A stretch of 37,255 nt of DNA. Origin: Perkinsus chesapeaki ATCC PRA-425 (taxonomy: Eukaryota; Protista; Perkinsozoa). The notes below the pieces were generated by a model. It did not search any database, was not told where the DNA came from, and worked only from the letters and a program-made list of their open reading frames with translations. Positions within the stretch are counted from its first letter, which is position 1, and the number at the start of each line of letters is the position of its first letter. The translations under genes were made by a program, and so were the position numbers. Shown in pieces: positions 35,458-37,255 of the stretch. The stretch is from positions 1 to 37,255 of the forward strand of contig JAAPAO010000349.1 of NCBI GenBank assembly GCA_013115145.1, given 5' to 3'.

Positions 35458-36793
35458 AGATTCTGCTGTGAACTATTCGATGTGATTTTTCATCTCATCA
35501 TTCATATAAATGATAGAAAGGGTATAGTTGTATTGACGAATCAATTTTACCGTTATTCACTGTTTTGTTGTCATTCCATACATTGAAAAGTCAGTCAGTC
35601 TGGGCTAGACCGCCTGGCTGAATGACTTGCGGCCCGCAAGTTGCGGGGGATGGCTCTGTAGTTCATGTGAGGTCACCAAGAGTTGCTTTTCATCACTACC
35701 TCATTTCGTATTACGGAATTGTACGATCGGCTGGCAACTGGAGGGTACTAATAAGACTACGGATAGTGAGATAAAATGAATGAATGTACGACATTGAATA
35801 GACTGAAGCGGGGGTGTCCACCTAGTAGCCTCGGTCCTACAGAGTACTGACAATACAGTACTGCAAAAAGCAGTTTTCCATTGGGACTACGAGGGAGGCT
35901 TCTTTCCCAACAAGCACGAGAGAGCTAAGATTTTAGCTCTCCGTGAGGGTCCTTCAGGGTCCGTACTGCGCTCAAGAGGGTCTGTACTTGCCAGGCAATG
36001 CACATTTCCCTACACTTTTGTAGTAGCAAAAGTGTAATACATGAACTTCGCACTTAGGAACATCAATCTCGCATGGACAGGCGAAACCTGGCGCTCCGAA
36101 TCACTACGGGAACAAGGCCGCATTAGATTAATACTATTAGTATTGACACTGCCAATTTGGAAGTACTGGTTAAAAATCCTTGAAGGATTTTGGAAGTTCC
36201 TAACTCTGGAATTCCTAAAATTCCTGACTTTTAAATCCAAAGGAAGTTCCTTTTCCCAAGGCCTCACCAGCTGACTCCTTGATCACCACAAAGACCACTG
36301 TAGCGCTCCGCGTTGAAACAACAAAGCCTCAGACAGCTGAACAGAGATTCTGATGTCACATGAGTGATGTGCTGTTGTAGAATGCACATGGTTGGAATTG
36401 TGCACTTTTCATATTGAAATCTAGCGGACATGGGCTTTTGAGTGCACCAACGTCGGCCACGTCGTTTCGCAACGTATTTTCCAAGAGCACGTCCCCTGCG
36501 CAGCTTAGAAGGTTAATCAGAACACGACGAGTGAAATAGATGAATAGGGCTCGCTCGTTAATCAGATGGGGCAGTGTTGTATTTTTGCACGATTCCATTT
36601 AATGCCAGAGACACCTCCTGACTTCCGCTGAACGAAATACTTCAGCTACGGAACGAACAATTGCCCTACTTGAATCAACCACTATGTAGCGCGGCTAAGG
36701 GACACAGCCACCTGACAAACCGGTCAGCCTTTCCATCAAATATCGTGCCATTCTCAGAAGAAACGTCACAGCGCGCTGGTCTTCGCGCAAAAC

Positions 36794-36845
36794 GGGGACT
36801 CCGAAGGGAGTCCCTTCGAAGCACAAGGGACTCCCTTGAAGGGAG
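36794..36845. repeat. Cluster of GGGA(C/G)TCCC inverted repeats
   Basis: AAGGGAGTCCCTT (36804-36816) and AAGGGACTCCCTT (36825-36837) are exact reverse complements with an 8-nt spacer. Extra GGGACTCC and GGGAG copies flank them. Confidence 0.7.
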
Positions 36846-36946
36846 CTACGCTCCACCCTAGCTTGCCATCGTGCTGTGCCGTTTGGAAAGTAGCAGAAAC
36901 CTGAAGCAGGGTCCATGGGCCCCGACATGGTTTGAAGTGACCGTCT

Positions 36947-37255
36947 ATGGCCAAGTTTAGGCCACTGCTGGATGTTATGCAGTTGTATGTACTTATGATT
37001 CCAACACTACTGGTTGTTACGATTGTGCAGTGGCTTTGCCGCCGCTCTCCCCATGGCCGCCCGAACCGACTCAGTTGCCAGCAGTGCTGGCCCAGCTCGA
37101 AGGTGGAAAAACAGTTCAGCAGGATACTGGAAGCTTATATCGAGGATATCAGCCGTCACACGGAAATTCCTTCAGACAGTGCGTGTCATGTGTCGCTGAA
37201 TGCATCCCCGATTCCAGAGGTTCCGGAGTTACGTCGTCTGACTTCGAGCTCTATC
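36947..37255 (+). CDS. Open reading frame running off the right edge; N-terminal hydrophobic anchor and CxxC
   Basis: ATG at 36947, then 103 codons with no stop to the window end: MAKFRPLLDVMQLYVLMIPTLLVVTIVQWLCRR...SCQQCW...ILEAYIEDISRH. It is absent from the ORF track, presumably because it has no stop. Confidence 0.35.
   Translation, partial: MAKFRPLLDVMQLYVLMIPTLLVVTIVQWLCRRSPHGRPNRLSCQQCWPSSKVEKQFSRILEAYIEDISRHTEIPSDSACHVSLNASPIPEVPELRRLTSSSI

Noticed and set aside
1-37255. CRISPR arrays, rRNA genes, or intact LTR/LINE elements
   Set aside because: No regularly spaced repeat-spacer array, rRNA-like conserved blocks, or RT/integrase motifs were recognised.

Overview
Intron-rich eukaryotic genomic DNA with many short GT-AG introns, so the ORF track misses most genes. 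The gene style and content suggest an alveolate protist, most likely Perkinsus; this is inference, not a database result. Manual phase-consistent splicing recovers a CPA1 Na+/H+ antiporter 5' part (-), an unknown gene with a repeated [RK]HPE-x8-W motif (-), a complete 14-exon branched-chain amino acid aminotransferase (-) head-to-head with a 10-exon F-actin capping protein alpha (+), and a saccharopine dehydrogenase-like gene. That gene has a TGA in its GATGFTG motif and a degenerate hAT transposon in a 2.9-kb intron. Also present: a RING-H2 gene, calreticulin, an intronless OB-fold + RlmM/FtsJ-like methyltransferase, and an intronless pepsin-family protease. The most striking observation is BCAT intron 5 (54 nt), which maps base-for-base onto tRNA positions 27-73 plus a T5 tract and AG. 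Other leads are a second tRNA 3' fragment, a motif shared directly after several 5' splice sites, ~10-bp periodic A/T tracts in introns, and several long palindromes.
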